Notes under the pieces: model-generated
The model's database searches: none
What the model was told of the DNA's origin: nothing
Seen by the model: the letters and a program-made list of their open reading frames with translations, nothing else
NCBI RefSeq assembly: GCF_031769215.1
Contig: NW_026782356.1
Span: 1,364,001 to 1,428,000, forward strand
DNA: 64,000 bases
Reading direction: 5' to 3'
From: Ylistrum balloti
Taxonomy: Eukaryota
Translations under genes and position numbers: made by a program
Shown here: positions 24,701-35,850 of the stretch, piece by piece
Position numbering within the stretch: the first letter of the stretch is position 1
How the letters are laid out: each line of letters opens with the position of its first letter

Positions 24701-26736
24701 TTCTGATCATGTAAGTATATCTGGAGGTATAACAACAGTTAGATAGGTGTGTTCTCAGTGTTTTGTTATCTTTTTACTGTGTTGTGGATAACGAATAAGA
24801 TACTGAATTTCATCATTCATTGAGAAGTGTATAACTGGTACTGTATAGTGGATTACTTTGGCAAAAATTTCACAATTTGGATACTAAGGTCAAAAATAAA
24901 CCTGGTCTGTTAGATGATTTAAAACTGGTCTCAAAAGTGAGATGATCTGAACAGTGAAACATACAATACAAAGATAAATCGGAGGATTTTTTGGGGGGAA
25001 TGAAATGAAAAACTGTGAAGTGGTCTTAATTTTGATGTGACCCTTAGTAAGGTTTCACTGTTTCATAATTTTGATACTAGAAAGAAATATTGAAATGCCC
25101 ATTGCTTTGGGGACTCTATAAAAATTTTTGACAAATTTCAGACTAAAATTTGTGAACAATTTTATTTATCATTGTAGATTCTTTATGTTGCTCCTTGTGT
25201 ACATCATTGGAGGAATCTTGTTCATGCGATATGTTAGAAAAGCACAGGGAGTGGAAATGATCCCAAACCGAGAGTTATGGGCAGAGTTACCTCTGTTGAT
25301 CAAGGTAAACATTCTTTCCTTATGGATTTCTCTCTCTTGATCAAGTTAACTTTCTTTCCTGATAGAGTTACCTCACAAAATCAAGGTAAACATTCTTCTC
25401 TAACAGAGTTATCTCTCTTGATCAAGTCAACTTTCTTCTCTGATAGAGTTACCTCACATGATCAAGGTAAACTTTCTTCCCTGATAGGGTAACCTCACAT
25501 GATCAAGGTGAACTTTCTTCCCTGATAGAGTTACCTCACATGATCAAGGTAAACTTTCTTCCCTGATAGGGTAACCTCACATGATCAAGGTAAACTTTCT
25601 TCCCTGATAGAGTTACCTCACATGATCAAGGTGAACTTTCTTCCCTGATAGGGTAACCTCACATGATCAAGGTAAACTTTCTTCCCTGATAGGGTAACCT
25701 CACATGATCAAGGTAAACTGTATTCCCTAACAGAGTTACCTTACAAAATTGAAGTGAATACTCTTCAAATACAGAGTTACCTTTCTTGATCAAGTAAAAC
25801 ATTCTTCCCTAACAGAATTTTCATCTATGGATAAGAGTAAACATCCCTTCTTATAGAGTTACATGTACCTCTCTTAATCAAGGTAAATGTCCTTCACGTA
25901 CATAGTTACCTCACGTGATCAAGGTAAACACTCTTCCCTTACACAGTAATCTCTCTTGATCAACATAAACATTCTTTGATAGAGTTACCTCTCTTGATCG
26001 GAGTGAACATTATTCTTATACAGAGTTACCTCTATAGATCAGGGTAAACATTTTTCTCTGACAGGGTTACTTCTTTTGATAAAGGTAAACATTCTTCCCT
26101 AACAGAGTTACCTCAGACGATCATGGTAGACACTCTACCTTTATGGTGAAAGTAAACTTTATTCCCTAACAGAGTTACCTTTCTTGATCAAAGTAAACAT
26201 TCTTCCCTAACAGAGTTACCTCAGACGATCATGGTAAACACTCTACCTTAATCATAAAGGTAAACTTGTTTCCCTTACAGAGTTATCTTTCTTGATCAAG
26301 TAAACATTCTGCCCTTACAGAGTAACCTCTCTTGATCAACGTAAGCATTATTCCTTTACAGAGTTACCTCACCTGATTAATTTTCTAACCCAAGACATTT
26401 AACTTTTCTTCTATGTTTATTGAAAGCCTTTGAGATGAAAATATGATACTGTATACACCAAGAAAAAAGTGATGTTCTTCTTGGTTAAGTTCAATTATGA
26501 ATCTTCTTTTGACAAACTGATATCTTGTATTAACATTAAATGCTTTTTCTAGTACGGCAATGGTGTTTAAAAATCAGAAATCATGAAAAGGTAAAACCAC
26601 TGTCTTGGATATTACTGAGAATCTTTATCTTGCTTGTGACTCACTTATGTTTAAGTAATTGTACTACTTCTCACAGGACGGAATACTGTTTGTTTCAAGA
26701 GGATGTAAGACAGATTCTACATATTCTCAGATCTGA
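18742..26736 (+). CDS. Single-MRH-domain type I membrane receptor (CD-M6PR/ATG27-like), paralog 1, 250 aa, 7 exons
   Basis: Exons 18742-18926, 20402-20498, 22106-22239, 23345-23420, 24637-24710, 25178-25304, 26677-26736; all GT-AG, 753 nt in frame. Hydrophobic leader, CxxxxxCSC...VDLKPL, YxYSPC, MCQ, RTGQVSVVC, YKFQLKTKYAC, TM GLSVGSVLLIIFFMLLLVYIIGGILF, tail G.EMIPN.ELW..LP.LIKDG...YSQI* (YxxPhi). The start could instead be the ATG at 18760. Confidence 0.9.
20090..20228 (-). mobile_element. Degenerate tRNA-derived SINE
   Basis: Minus strand begins with A-box-like gtggcaaagtgattaagg and ends in a decayed ggttctctcagaattgtggctttcctccacc V-domain-like motif. Confidence 0.5.
20816..20991. mobile_element. 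Small MITE with internal ttaagg/ccttaa palindromes
   Basis: Ends ggcaccagtttcacaaatc and gattcatgaaattgtggcc are imperfect inverted repeats; the interior is near-palindromic. Confidence 0.55.
23455..24490. repeat. 60-bp minisatellite in intron 4 of receptor paralog 1 (~11 copies), split by an insertion
   Basis: Unit ctctatgttatatgttactgacagtctctgagggaacattactgtaacccctgatactaa repeated over 23455-23891 and 24261-24490. Confidence 0.95.
23892..24260 (-). mobile_element. CpG-rich insertion with a terminal hairpin and T-run (Helentron/HINE-like 3' end)
   Basis: Interrupts the 60-bp array. Perfect 10-bp stem aaatttccgc (23896-23905) / gcggaaattt (23919-23928) with a 13-nt loop next to an A/T run. 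Family assignment is inference. Confidence 0.55.
25282..26375 (+). repeat. 41-bp minisatellite (~26 copies) built from the exon 6 / intron 6 junction of paralog 1
   Basis: Unit agagttacctcacatgatcaaggtaaactttcttccctgat; atcaagg recurs at 25461, 25502, 25543. The first copy is the real exon end and donor (25304|25305). Confidence 0.95.
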
Positions 26737-27266
26737 CAAATCCCAGCATTTCATAGACCTGATGAGTCCCAAAACATCGCAAATCTGACAAGTCCTAACA
26801 TTTCATAGATCTGATGAGTACAGCATTTCATAAATATGACGAGTACCAGCATGTCATAGAGATACAGAGGATCAGGTCCTGCAGGTTCAATTATAACCTA
26901 CATTTGTAAAAAAAATTTGATTGTTGGGTGTAAGAGAAAAATTAGATTCAAAACATATGATTATAAAAGGATGTGTGAAAATATGTGTAAAATACATTAA
27001 GATAAGTGATAGATACATACCGGTATTTCATATGGGTATTGTATAGTTGAAAAAAGGTAACATAGTGAAAAAAGAATAAAAGGACCATTTGTGATATATG
27101 TGTACATGTACAATGTAACATAAAGTTTGCTAATGTTTGCTAGGAAAAAGAACTGTACACAGGTATGTTAACATTGTTAGTGAGTTATACAAGTGCATTT
27201 TTATGAAGGGAAAAATTTACTTGTAAAGAATACTGGTAGAAGGACAACAGAGAGATATCAATTGTG

Positions 27267-28030
27267 AGATGGTAAAGAGAAAATGGTAGTGAGATGGTAA
27301 AGAGAAAATGGTAGTGAGATGGTAAAGAGAAAATGGTAGTGAGACAGTGCAGAGATAAGGGTAGTGAGACAGTGCAGAGATAAGGGTAGTGAGACAGTGC
27401 AGAGATAAGGGTAGTGAGACAGTGCAGAGATAAGGGTAGTGAGACAGTACAGAGATAAGGGTAGTGAGACAGTACAGAGATAAGGGTAGTGAGACAGTAC
27501 AGAGATAAGGGTAGTGAGACAGTACAGAGATAAGGGTAGTGAGACAGTACAGAGATAAGGGTAGTGAGACAGTACAGAGATAAGGGTAGTGAGACAATAC
27601 AGAGATAAGGGTAGTGAGACAGTACAGAGATAAGGGTAGTGAGACAGTGCAGAGATAAGGGTAGTGAGACAATACAGAGATAAGGGTAGTGAGACAGTAC
27701 AGAGATAAGGGTAGTGAGACAGTGCAGAGATAAGGGTAGTGAGACAGTACAGAGATAAGGGTAGTGAGACAGTACAGAGATAAGGGTAGTGAGACAGTAC
27801 AGAGATAAGGGTAGTGAGACAGAGATAAGGGTAGTGAGACAGTACAGAGATAAGGGTAGTGAGACAGTACAGAGATAAGGGTAGTGAGACAGTACAGAGA
27901 TAAGGGTAGTGAGACAGTACAGAGATAAGGGTAGTGAGACAATACAGAGATAAGGGTAGTGAGACAGTACAGAGATAAGGGTAGTGAGACAATACAGAGA
28001 TAAGGGTAGTGAGACAGTACAGAGAAAGGT
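27267..28030. repeat. 25-bp purine-rich minisatellite (~30 copies)
   Basis: Unit gtagtgagacagtacagagataagg, preceded by a related 25-bp unit atggtagtgagatggtaaagagaaa. Confidence 0.97.
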
Positions 28031-28084
28031 AGTGTAGCAGTAAAGGATGCTGGTAATGAGATGGTAAAGAGATATAGGTGGTTA

Positions 28085-28605
28085 GACAGTAAAATGTGTA
28101 TGTAATGATGAAGTGATGTGTATGTGATGATGAAATGATGTGTATGTGGTGATGAAATGATGTGTATGTAATGATGAAGTGATGTGTGTGTGATGATGAA
28201 GTGATGTGTATGTGATGATGAAGTGATTATGAAGTGATGTGTATGTGATGATGAAATGATGTGTATGTGATGATGAAGTGATGTGTTTGTGATGATGAAA
28301 TGATGTGTGTGTGATGATGAAGTGATGTGTATGTGATGATGAAGTGATGATGAAGTGATGTGTATATGATGATGAAATGATGTGTGAGATGATGAAGTGA
28401 TGTGTTTGTGATGAAGTGATGTGTATGTGATGATGAAGTGATGTGTTTGTGATGATGAAGTTGTGTGTATGTGATGATGAAGTGATGTGTATGTGATGAT
28501 GGAGTGATGTGTATGTGATGATGGAGTGATGTGTATGTGATGATGGAGTGATGTGTATGTGATGATGAAGTGATGTGTATGTGATGATGTAGTGATGTAT
28601 CTGTC
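28085..28605. repeat. ~22-bp TG/TGA-rich minisatellite
   Basis: Unit gtgatgtgtatgtgatgatgaa, about 23 copies. Confidence 0.95.
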
Positions 28606-30619
28606 CATGCATACTGATATGACTTTTATGGAATTAGAAATGGTTCAGAAATTCCAATGATCCATATTCATTAATAATTGATGTATCTATATGTGAGCAA
28701 TAAGGCCCCATGGACCTTTTATTACTAAAGATATATTTTTCAAGATAGAGTATTAATTGTATAGGGTTACATATATATATGCTTTATATGTATTGATATT
28801 CAGGTCAGTTTTGTAAATCCTCCTACCACTAATCAGATAATCTCATTATAGAAGTCCCATTTGTTAGAGGAACATGTAAGTTATTTATCTAAAAATAAAG
28901 TCTTCTTTTGATTAGTTTATGAGTTCATAAATTAGTTGGAGCACAATGGAAATCAAATGTGAACGATTTGCCGACCATATCTATGTGATGAAATGGGATA
29001 TTATGACAAAACTTCACAAACTTCAGATGGTTGGTTATGATATGCTGTATATTTAAATAGGATTGTACATTTTTATATATGTATGGGACACTTATAGATT
29101 TGTGTTTCTTTCTTTGAAAACATACAATTACATTTTACAAATAAGCTTGTCTGTAATAAGGCCAGATACACTCTATGTGTAATGATACAGATACGGTTGT
29201 GTTTCTGCTGCCTTATTGTTGGTATGGGAATGGTGATATGTTACAGAATTGTTAGATAAGGTTGTGTTTTATATATGTTTTTATGTTATGCATTTTATTT
29301 TTGCTTTTATTTTAGACTAATATGATTTGTAAAGGAGTAGAGAGAATATTCACACTGCAATGTACAACAGTATAGGATGATATTAGTAAGGCTTAATACT
29401 ATTTCAGCAATACTATTTCAGTAATACTATTTCAGGTTTACTATTTCAGGATTTATCTTTTGATATTTTAAATGATTTTTTTTCTCTCTTCTTTTTGTTG
29501 CCTGTTTTTGCTTTATGAAGTATAGCTCAATGAACCCTTATATGGAAATTTTCATTTTAATATGCTCATGATAATTTTTATTTAAAGACACTAATCTCTG
29601 GTGTTAAATTCATATACATTATTCTGAGATTTTCTTTAAAACTCACTTCAAATCTTTTGAGAAAAGTTTTATTGTTGAACTATTTCTACAATGTACAAAG
29701 CATGTATGTATTTTCTTTTACATATATGTGTACATGGTAATATATTACAGATCTGACAGGTAAGGTTGTGTCTTATACTCTTTATATTTTGATATTGATC
29801 CCATACTAAATATAATTAGTTTATTCTTTAATATTAATAATTAATAGTAATATTTTGATAATTTATGATACATGAATGTACAGAACAGATCTATATTGTC
29901 CTGTTAACAGCAGATGTAGTCTATGGTCAAATCATCAAATCATATAACATGGCCTTAGCAGTTTGGCTGAGTTTTTACTGCCTCTAGTGTTGTGACACAA
30001 TGCATATGCTGTACATAGACTGGGGGACAAGCTGACATAAAACATTTTATCAGGGATGGTCAGCTTGTCTAAAACAATTGCAACAATGATATAATTTCAG
30101 GTAGATGAACATATTATGAATATTTCATAAGCTGTCCAAGTTCTAAATTCACAATTGTATTATGTACATAATATATATGTAGATAACCGAACAGCAAAGA
30201 AATTCATGTGAAATGAATTATGGTTTAATGAAATGCACTCATTGCCACAATTAAAGAACAAATAAGTGTGAAAGTGTTGAACTATGAAAGAATGTACTGA
30301 AAAATGTTTGATGTAAGACAATATTTGTTCAAATAAATGTGCAGTATACCTTTCACTTTGATTAACAATGAATTGTTGAATGTGATGGCGACAGCTAGAT
30401 TTAAATGCCATGTTATCAAAGATGCTTTTGCCACGTTTTTGGACGAAATGACAATAAACATTCCACTGCTTGGTGTAACCTTTTATTGAAACGTGAACCA
30501 TAGTTATTATGTAGCAATTCCAAAACATTCCACTATAATAATTTTAGAAAGCAAAGTGAAACCTATCTTTAAAACCGGCTGTCATCTTATCTCCATGGAT
30601 GATTTTAATAACTTAATGT

Positions 30620-30830
30620 TGCTTATTAAGACCAAGTCAAGGGGACGTCCGTTGTCTCACCATGGTTAATCATGATAACCTGTTGCCTATTAAGACCAGG
30701 TCAAGTGGACGTTCATTGTCTTACCATGATTAATCATGATAACCTGTTGCCTATTAAGACCAGGTCTTTAGGACTGTCTGTCTTACCTTCATATATGATC
30801 TTCGCAACCAGTTGTCAAATAAGACCTGGT
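30620..30830. repeat. Short degenerate tandem repeat (~3-4 copies)
   Basis: Recurrent ttgcctattaagaccaggtc and ccatggttaatcatgataacctg. Confidence 0.7.
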
Positions 30831-33319
30831 CTTTTGCTGTAGACTGCAATAAATTCTACAATCTGACCTCAGTTGCTTTTAGTTCAGTTAGGCTTAAGTA
30901 GTGTTTAGAGACAATTGTAATCCCAGGTAATATTTTCACTTTCTAGTGAAGCGATGTTAGCACGATGTAAAGTCAGTCATCGATACATAAATATATACTA
31001 TCATACAACATTTATTAATACTTAATTCTTCTTGAATATTTATCTTATAAATTACTGGAACAATTAATTTGAAGGGGATATGGAAGCCCAGGTACATACT
31101 TGGGGTCAAAGCATTTGTAACACGAGTTGTTTGACCTTCTTTTCTTCTGGGGGGAAAAGTCGCTGGTTGCTTTCTTTTTTATCGGAATGGGGGAGAATGA
31201 CTGATAATTCCATAATTTCTGATAACTGCTATATTTCATATCAACTATCTTGTAGTATTTTATTTATCAACAAACAAGTCATTTCTTTCTTTCTTTTTTT
31301 TATTTTCCTTCTGTGTTTGGCTTATTGGGTCTCTTGTCAAAGATACTCAGTGTGAAACATACAGTGTATCTCAAGCCAAGTTGATGGGTACCGAAATGTT
31401 CTTTACTATTGAAAGAAGTGGAAAGGGATTATTCAGTTTGATAATTCAACCCCTTTTATCGTGATGGTGATGCTCGTTTTTTTTTTCATGTGCTGCATGC
31501 TAATACACAAACTGTTCCTAACTGTAACTGTGCTTTATTATATACTGTAGGTTTGTTTAACCTTTTTGCAACTTTCTTGTCATTGTCTTTCTCATGAGTC
31601 ATTGGTTTGTATTATAACATTTTTTTCAGCATTTACTGTTGAACCAGTTTTTCGCCACACTATCAATCAGCATTTAAATGTTCAATGACTACTATCAATA
31701 ACTAAACTCAAAGCTGTTACAGCAAGCTGAATTGTGACTATGACCCGAATCTCATGAATATTCATAACGATCATCTCATGAATATTCATAACGATCGGAT
31801 AAAAAAATATGTACTGACTGTACTTCTCTGTGAGTGATACATAATTGACCAGATTAATCTAGGACTACAGACTTGATTCAATGATTCATTGCAATACTGA
31901 TGTAATTATGGAATGGAAATTATTAAAATGATAGTATACTGTAGTAGTCAGTAAATAACTTCAGGGGTTCTAGATATGCAGGTGAAATTCTTTTGATTGT
32001 GATTTTTTTAGAACATGAAAATAAATATTTTTGTATCGAGAATTATTTATTTTGCTTGTTTGTCTATAGAGGTTTTGGGCTTACTGCTGTGTTTACATTG
32101 GACATTGACACTGCAAAATGAAGTTATGTTTATACTTCTCTTATCTTCCATAGTCACGTTTTATTTTATCAGTACGATGATACATGTAAAGCCAGACAGC
32201 CGGTTATGGTCGTCTGCTGAAAGGCCGAAAGTCTGTAATAGTGGATATTCATTAATTATCAGAGGCCGATAATATGTTTACGCAAGGACAATCGGATGTG
32301 TGGAACCGAATGTGTAAAATCGTGCCGGTGGTAAAAATACGGAAGCCTCTTCGAGCAGTGAGTTTTCCCCTACAAGACGCAACGCTAGAAACTAGATTGT
32401 AATAGACAAAACTGCCAGATTTTGGAAATAATTTTTCCTCTATATTTTTACCAGAGTTCACTGTGGACCTGAATTACTCACGGCTTCGCCTGTCCACTTT
32501 ACATTTGTTTGTTGCTCTTGTGACGAAGGTCTGATCGAAAAGTAAAAATTCACCGGAAAAGCAATACTCTATATCCTAGATCACTCCGCTAAGATTTATG
32601 ATAATAAAAAAACATTAATTGGATAGTTCTCTGCAGAATTCCAACAATATGAAATATGTTTATTCATCTTGGTAGATAAAATGTTTTGAGCTGGAATATG
32701 ATTAAATATGTATTCGCTGTACATTTTTTCAAGTAGACCCATACATTTACGAATATTCAAATATTAATTTGTAAATGACGTGCTCTTTCGTGGAAAGAAG
32801 AGCCCCTTACTTTGAATATTGCGATGACCTACCTCTATACGAGAAAAAAGTGTTATGTTATTTTGTAATTAGAGATGTAATCATTTGCCACTAGGTGAAA
32901 CAAATACAGAGGAGACAGAATCAAGTACAATGCTAATTATTTAATATTGTTTTTGAACCGTTTCTGTGGATGACGGTGAAAGTGTCGTTTGAACGATTGA
33001 AAAGCAAAGATTAAATGAGGGTCTCCGTATATACACCCAACTGATATGACAGAAGTATGGGGAAAAAATGAAAAAGAAAACATTGTCTCCTTAAATAAAT
33101 ATATATATACAACTTATAGAACGACCCGAGAAATTTCAAAGCTGATGAACTTTCAGACCCCGAGGTTTGCAGTAACCTAGAACAGTATGTCAGGGATTTG
33201 AATAATGGCAGGATGTAGACGTAACGCAACAAGTGGTTGTTGTACTAGTCATTTCTTTGTATACCGATAGTTGTTGTTTCAAAAGTTGTAAAGTTCAGTC
33301 TATTTTTGCTTTACCTCCT

Positions 33320-33490
33320 ATTAACAGCCAAGGTCATTTAATGACGTGCCAGGTTCGGGTAAAAGAAAATCGGAATTCCTAGAGTAAAACCACCTACCTG
33401 CGGTCAGTACCTAGGGACTACCACACGATTCCAGCGACCCAGAAGTGGAGAGAAAGTGATAAAGACAGTCATCAGACGCCTTAACCCCTA
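33320..33490 (-). mobile_element. Degenerate SINE-like element (second family)
   Basis: ttaacagccaaggtcatttaatgacg ... ggaattcctagagtaaaaccacctacctgcggtcagtacc ... gacgccttaacc resembles a reversed tRNA-SINE head and body. Confidence 0.45.
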
Positions 33491-34088
33491 TTTTTTCTCT
33501 CTCTCTTTCAAAGCTATAAAACACGTCCGTTTTTGTAAGTTTTCGAAAATTACTACCTCGAGTGAAATAAATTTCATTGAACAACAACCACGAGTTTGTG
33601 TGACCTGTCTCGAGCACTAACACGCATGTTTGACATAATAATATGACTTGAAATGAAATGCCGCTATTTCCATTCTTAAAACTGGATATTTCAGAAATAG
33701 GAAATATTACGATTTATTAGAAATCCTAACAAGTAAGCAACGGGTTTATTATCTTCAAAACGATGAACATCAAAATCAAATTTGAAGCAAGTGTGAAGCG
33801 CTTTGCGATATTCCGCGAAATTCCGCGAGCACGTGAAGCGACCACCGTGTCAGCGAATCAAAACGGCTTTGCAATTTATTCCACGGATGGTATGAATGTT
33901 TCTTTATACAACAGTTGCAATGATAAAGAATTTAATCACTCCATCCTGCTTTTCTTGACATATGTAATTGACTTTCAGTCCTTGTGAATTTATCCGATAC
34001 TTTGAAAAAAAAATAGGGGGAAAATGTAATGAATTGTGGGGCTAGACCCTCGATAATCCATAGTTACATTCACTTTCACTCTCTGCAC

Positions 34089-34341
34089 CCCTGGAACATG
34101 TCATGGCAAAATTGAAGGCTCAGGCGAAGTAATTTGATTGGTTCAAGGAGAAAGCAACTGACCAACCACAGGCCGATACGCTCCTTTTGAAGATTACATC
34201 CAACGTCAAAGCCATTACAATATACCGTTATGCGACCTCGAGATTCGTTTGATGTACATCAAAGGATCGAACTAGTCTTTTCGTCTTGTCCACAAGGTGT
34301 CGCAAATGGAACCTTCAATTTTGTCATGACAAATTCCAGGG
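34089..34341. mobile_element. MITE, best-preserved copy, ~30-bp imperfect TIRs
   Basis: Left ccctggaacaTGTCATGGCAAAATTGAAGG; right CCTTCAATTTTGTCATGACAaattccaggg. Confidence 0.8.
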
Positions 34342-35850
34342 AAGGAGAGAGCAAAAGTGATTGTAACCCCTGAAGTACCGAGGGAGATGGGACTGTTGCA
34401 CATCACCATCTAGTTTTTTACGTTTCTTTTGACCCATTTTGATTTTCCTCTGTCACCCCTAAATTTCTTTAGAATCACGGAGAAAATCTAGAAGGACAGA
34501 ACAAATGATGATGTTACAGTTCAAAATGTTCAGCTCTGCTGTATCTATTGTTTTGTACCGAAACGTTCTGCATCTTGTGCTTTCTTTAATCAATCGTTAC
34601 GATAGAAAAGGGTCAAGAGTGGATTAAATGCAAACAGTTAATGGAGGAACACAAGGACATTCGTCAATAGCGCAAACGTTAAAGGGGTCCATACATGAGT
34701 TTAATCAATCTTATATGAAACGGAGACAAATGTAAGATTCTGTTTATAACATAACTTGTATACTAAAGAAATTAATTATGAAAATATCATTTGCTAAGTC
34801 TGACTCGAAATCTAAACTAGCGACATCATCACGCTATGTCTTTCTGTGGTGACACCACAATGCATGTTACGTTATGAAGCTATGAGGAAGAATTACACGG
34901 AGACGCTATAACGACAGGTTATTGGGTATGTCTGTCCATTTATGTAATATGTAGGAGTTTGTTTACCTGATATAGGACAGCTGCTCTGCGGATAGTGGAA
35001 ATTTTCCTACTTATTTCTATAACTTAAGGATGTATACCTTTCGGACATGCACAACATTATTTTTCATATCAATTATATCGAGCGCTTGACATTGAAATAC
35101 TATTGTGCATGTCCTAAATGTACCACCGTATTTAACTAAAGATGTACCGGGATATATTAACTATTGAACGTATCTAGGAATATAAGCATGAAAGACTTGA
35201 TTCTTATGTAACGTACGGTACTTTAAGTTCTAAATTGGGCTAGTAACTTTTTTCAGTGAATATAACTTTTCTTCCCCACGAACAAGTAAGTAATATATGA
35301 CAGATATCCAAAGGCGAACAGCCCTGATATCGCTAATCTGTTGATATCATTTAACTTGACCGATAGTAGCTAGGTCAATGTTGCAAAGTGATAAATCTTC
35401 AACCCATATCTTTTCATATCATCAATATATTAAGTTTTGACATTTGTCATGTCTGCAAGTAGAAAAGTGAAATTTAAAAAATCAATTATTTGTGGGAGGG
35501 GGGATATATATTCCCATGGCAATCTAGAATGGATTGTTTATTTGTTTACCTATATCTATATACATGTACCAGCATCTTGTTGTATTGTGACTTATTACCA
35601 TTTAGACATATTGATATCAAACGGGAAATAATACCTTGTAGCATTTAAATTAGAGATCCAAAATTATAATAAAATCAAATTTAACATGTGATGGAATTTG
35701 TTAATAATTTCTTAAACAAACTATTTAAAATGGGTTTCATCGCACATACTAAGCTAACCAATCTTGGTACATCTTATCCAGAGACTTCGGACTAGATAGT
35801 TGTATGTTACTATATATAGTCACATGACGGGATGAAAGTTACTACGATAG

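Noticed and set aside
26755-26830. CTGATGAG motifs as hammerhead ribozymes
   Set aside because: No stem II followed by GAAA and no cleavage triplet geometry; part of the local 3' UTR repeat.
23455-28605. Regular repeats as CRISPR arrays
   Set aside because: Contiguous units with no unique spacers, a eukaryotic intron context and no cas genes.
27217-28612. Long minus-strand ORFs of 463, 244 and 176 aa (His/Thr/Ser/Leu repeats)
   Set aside because: They are translations of the 25-bp and 22-bp minisatellites, which lack stops on that strand; no coding signature.
30160-30528. 122-aa minus-strand ORF
   Set aside because: AT-rich, no motif and no plausible splice partners.
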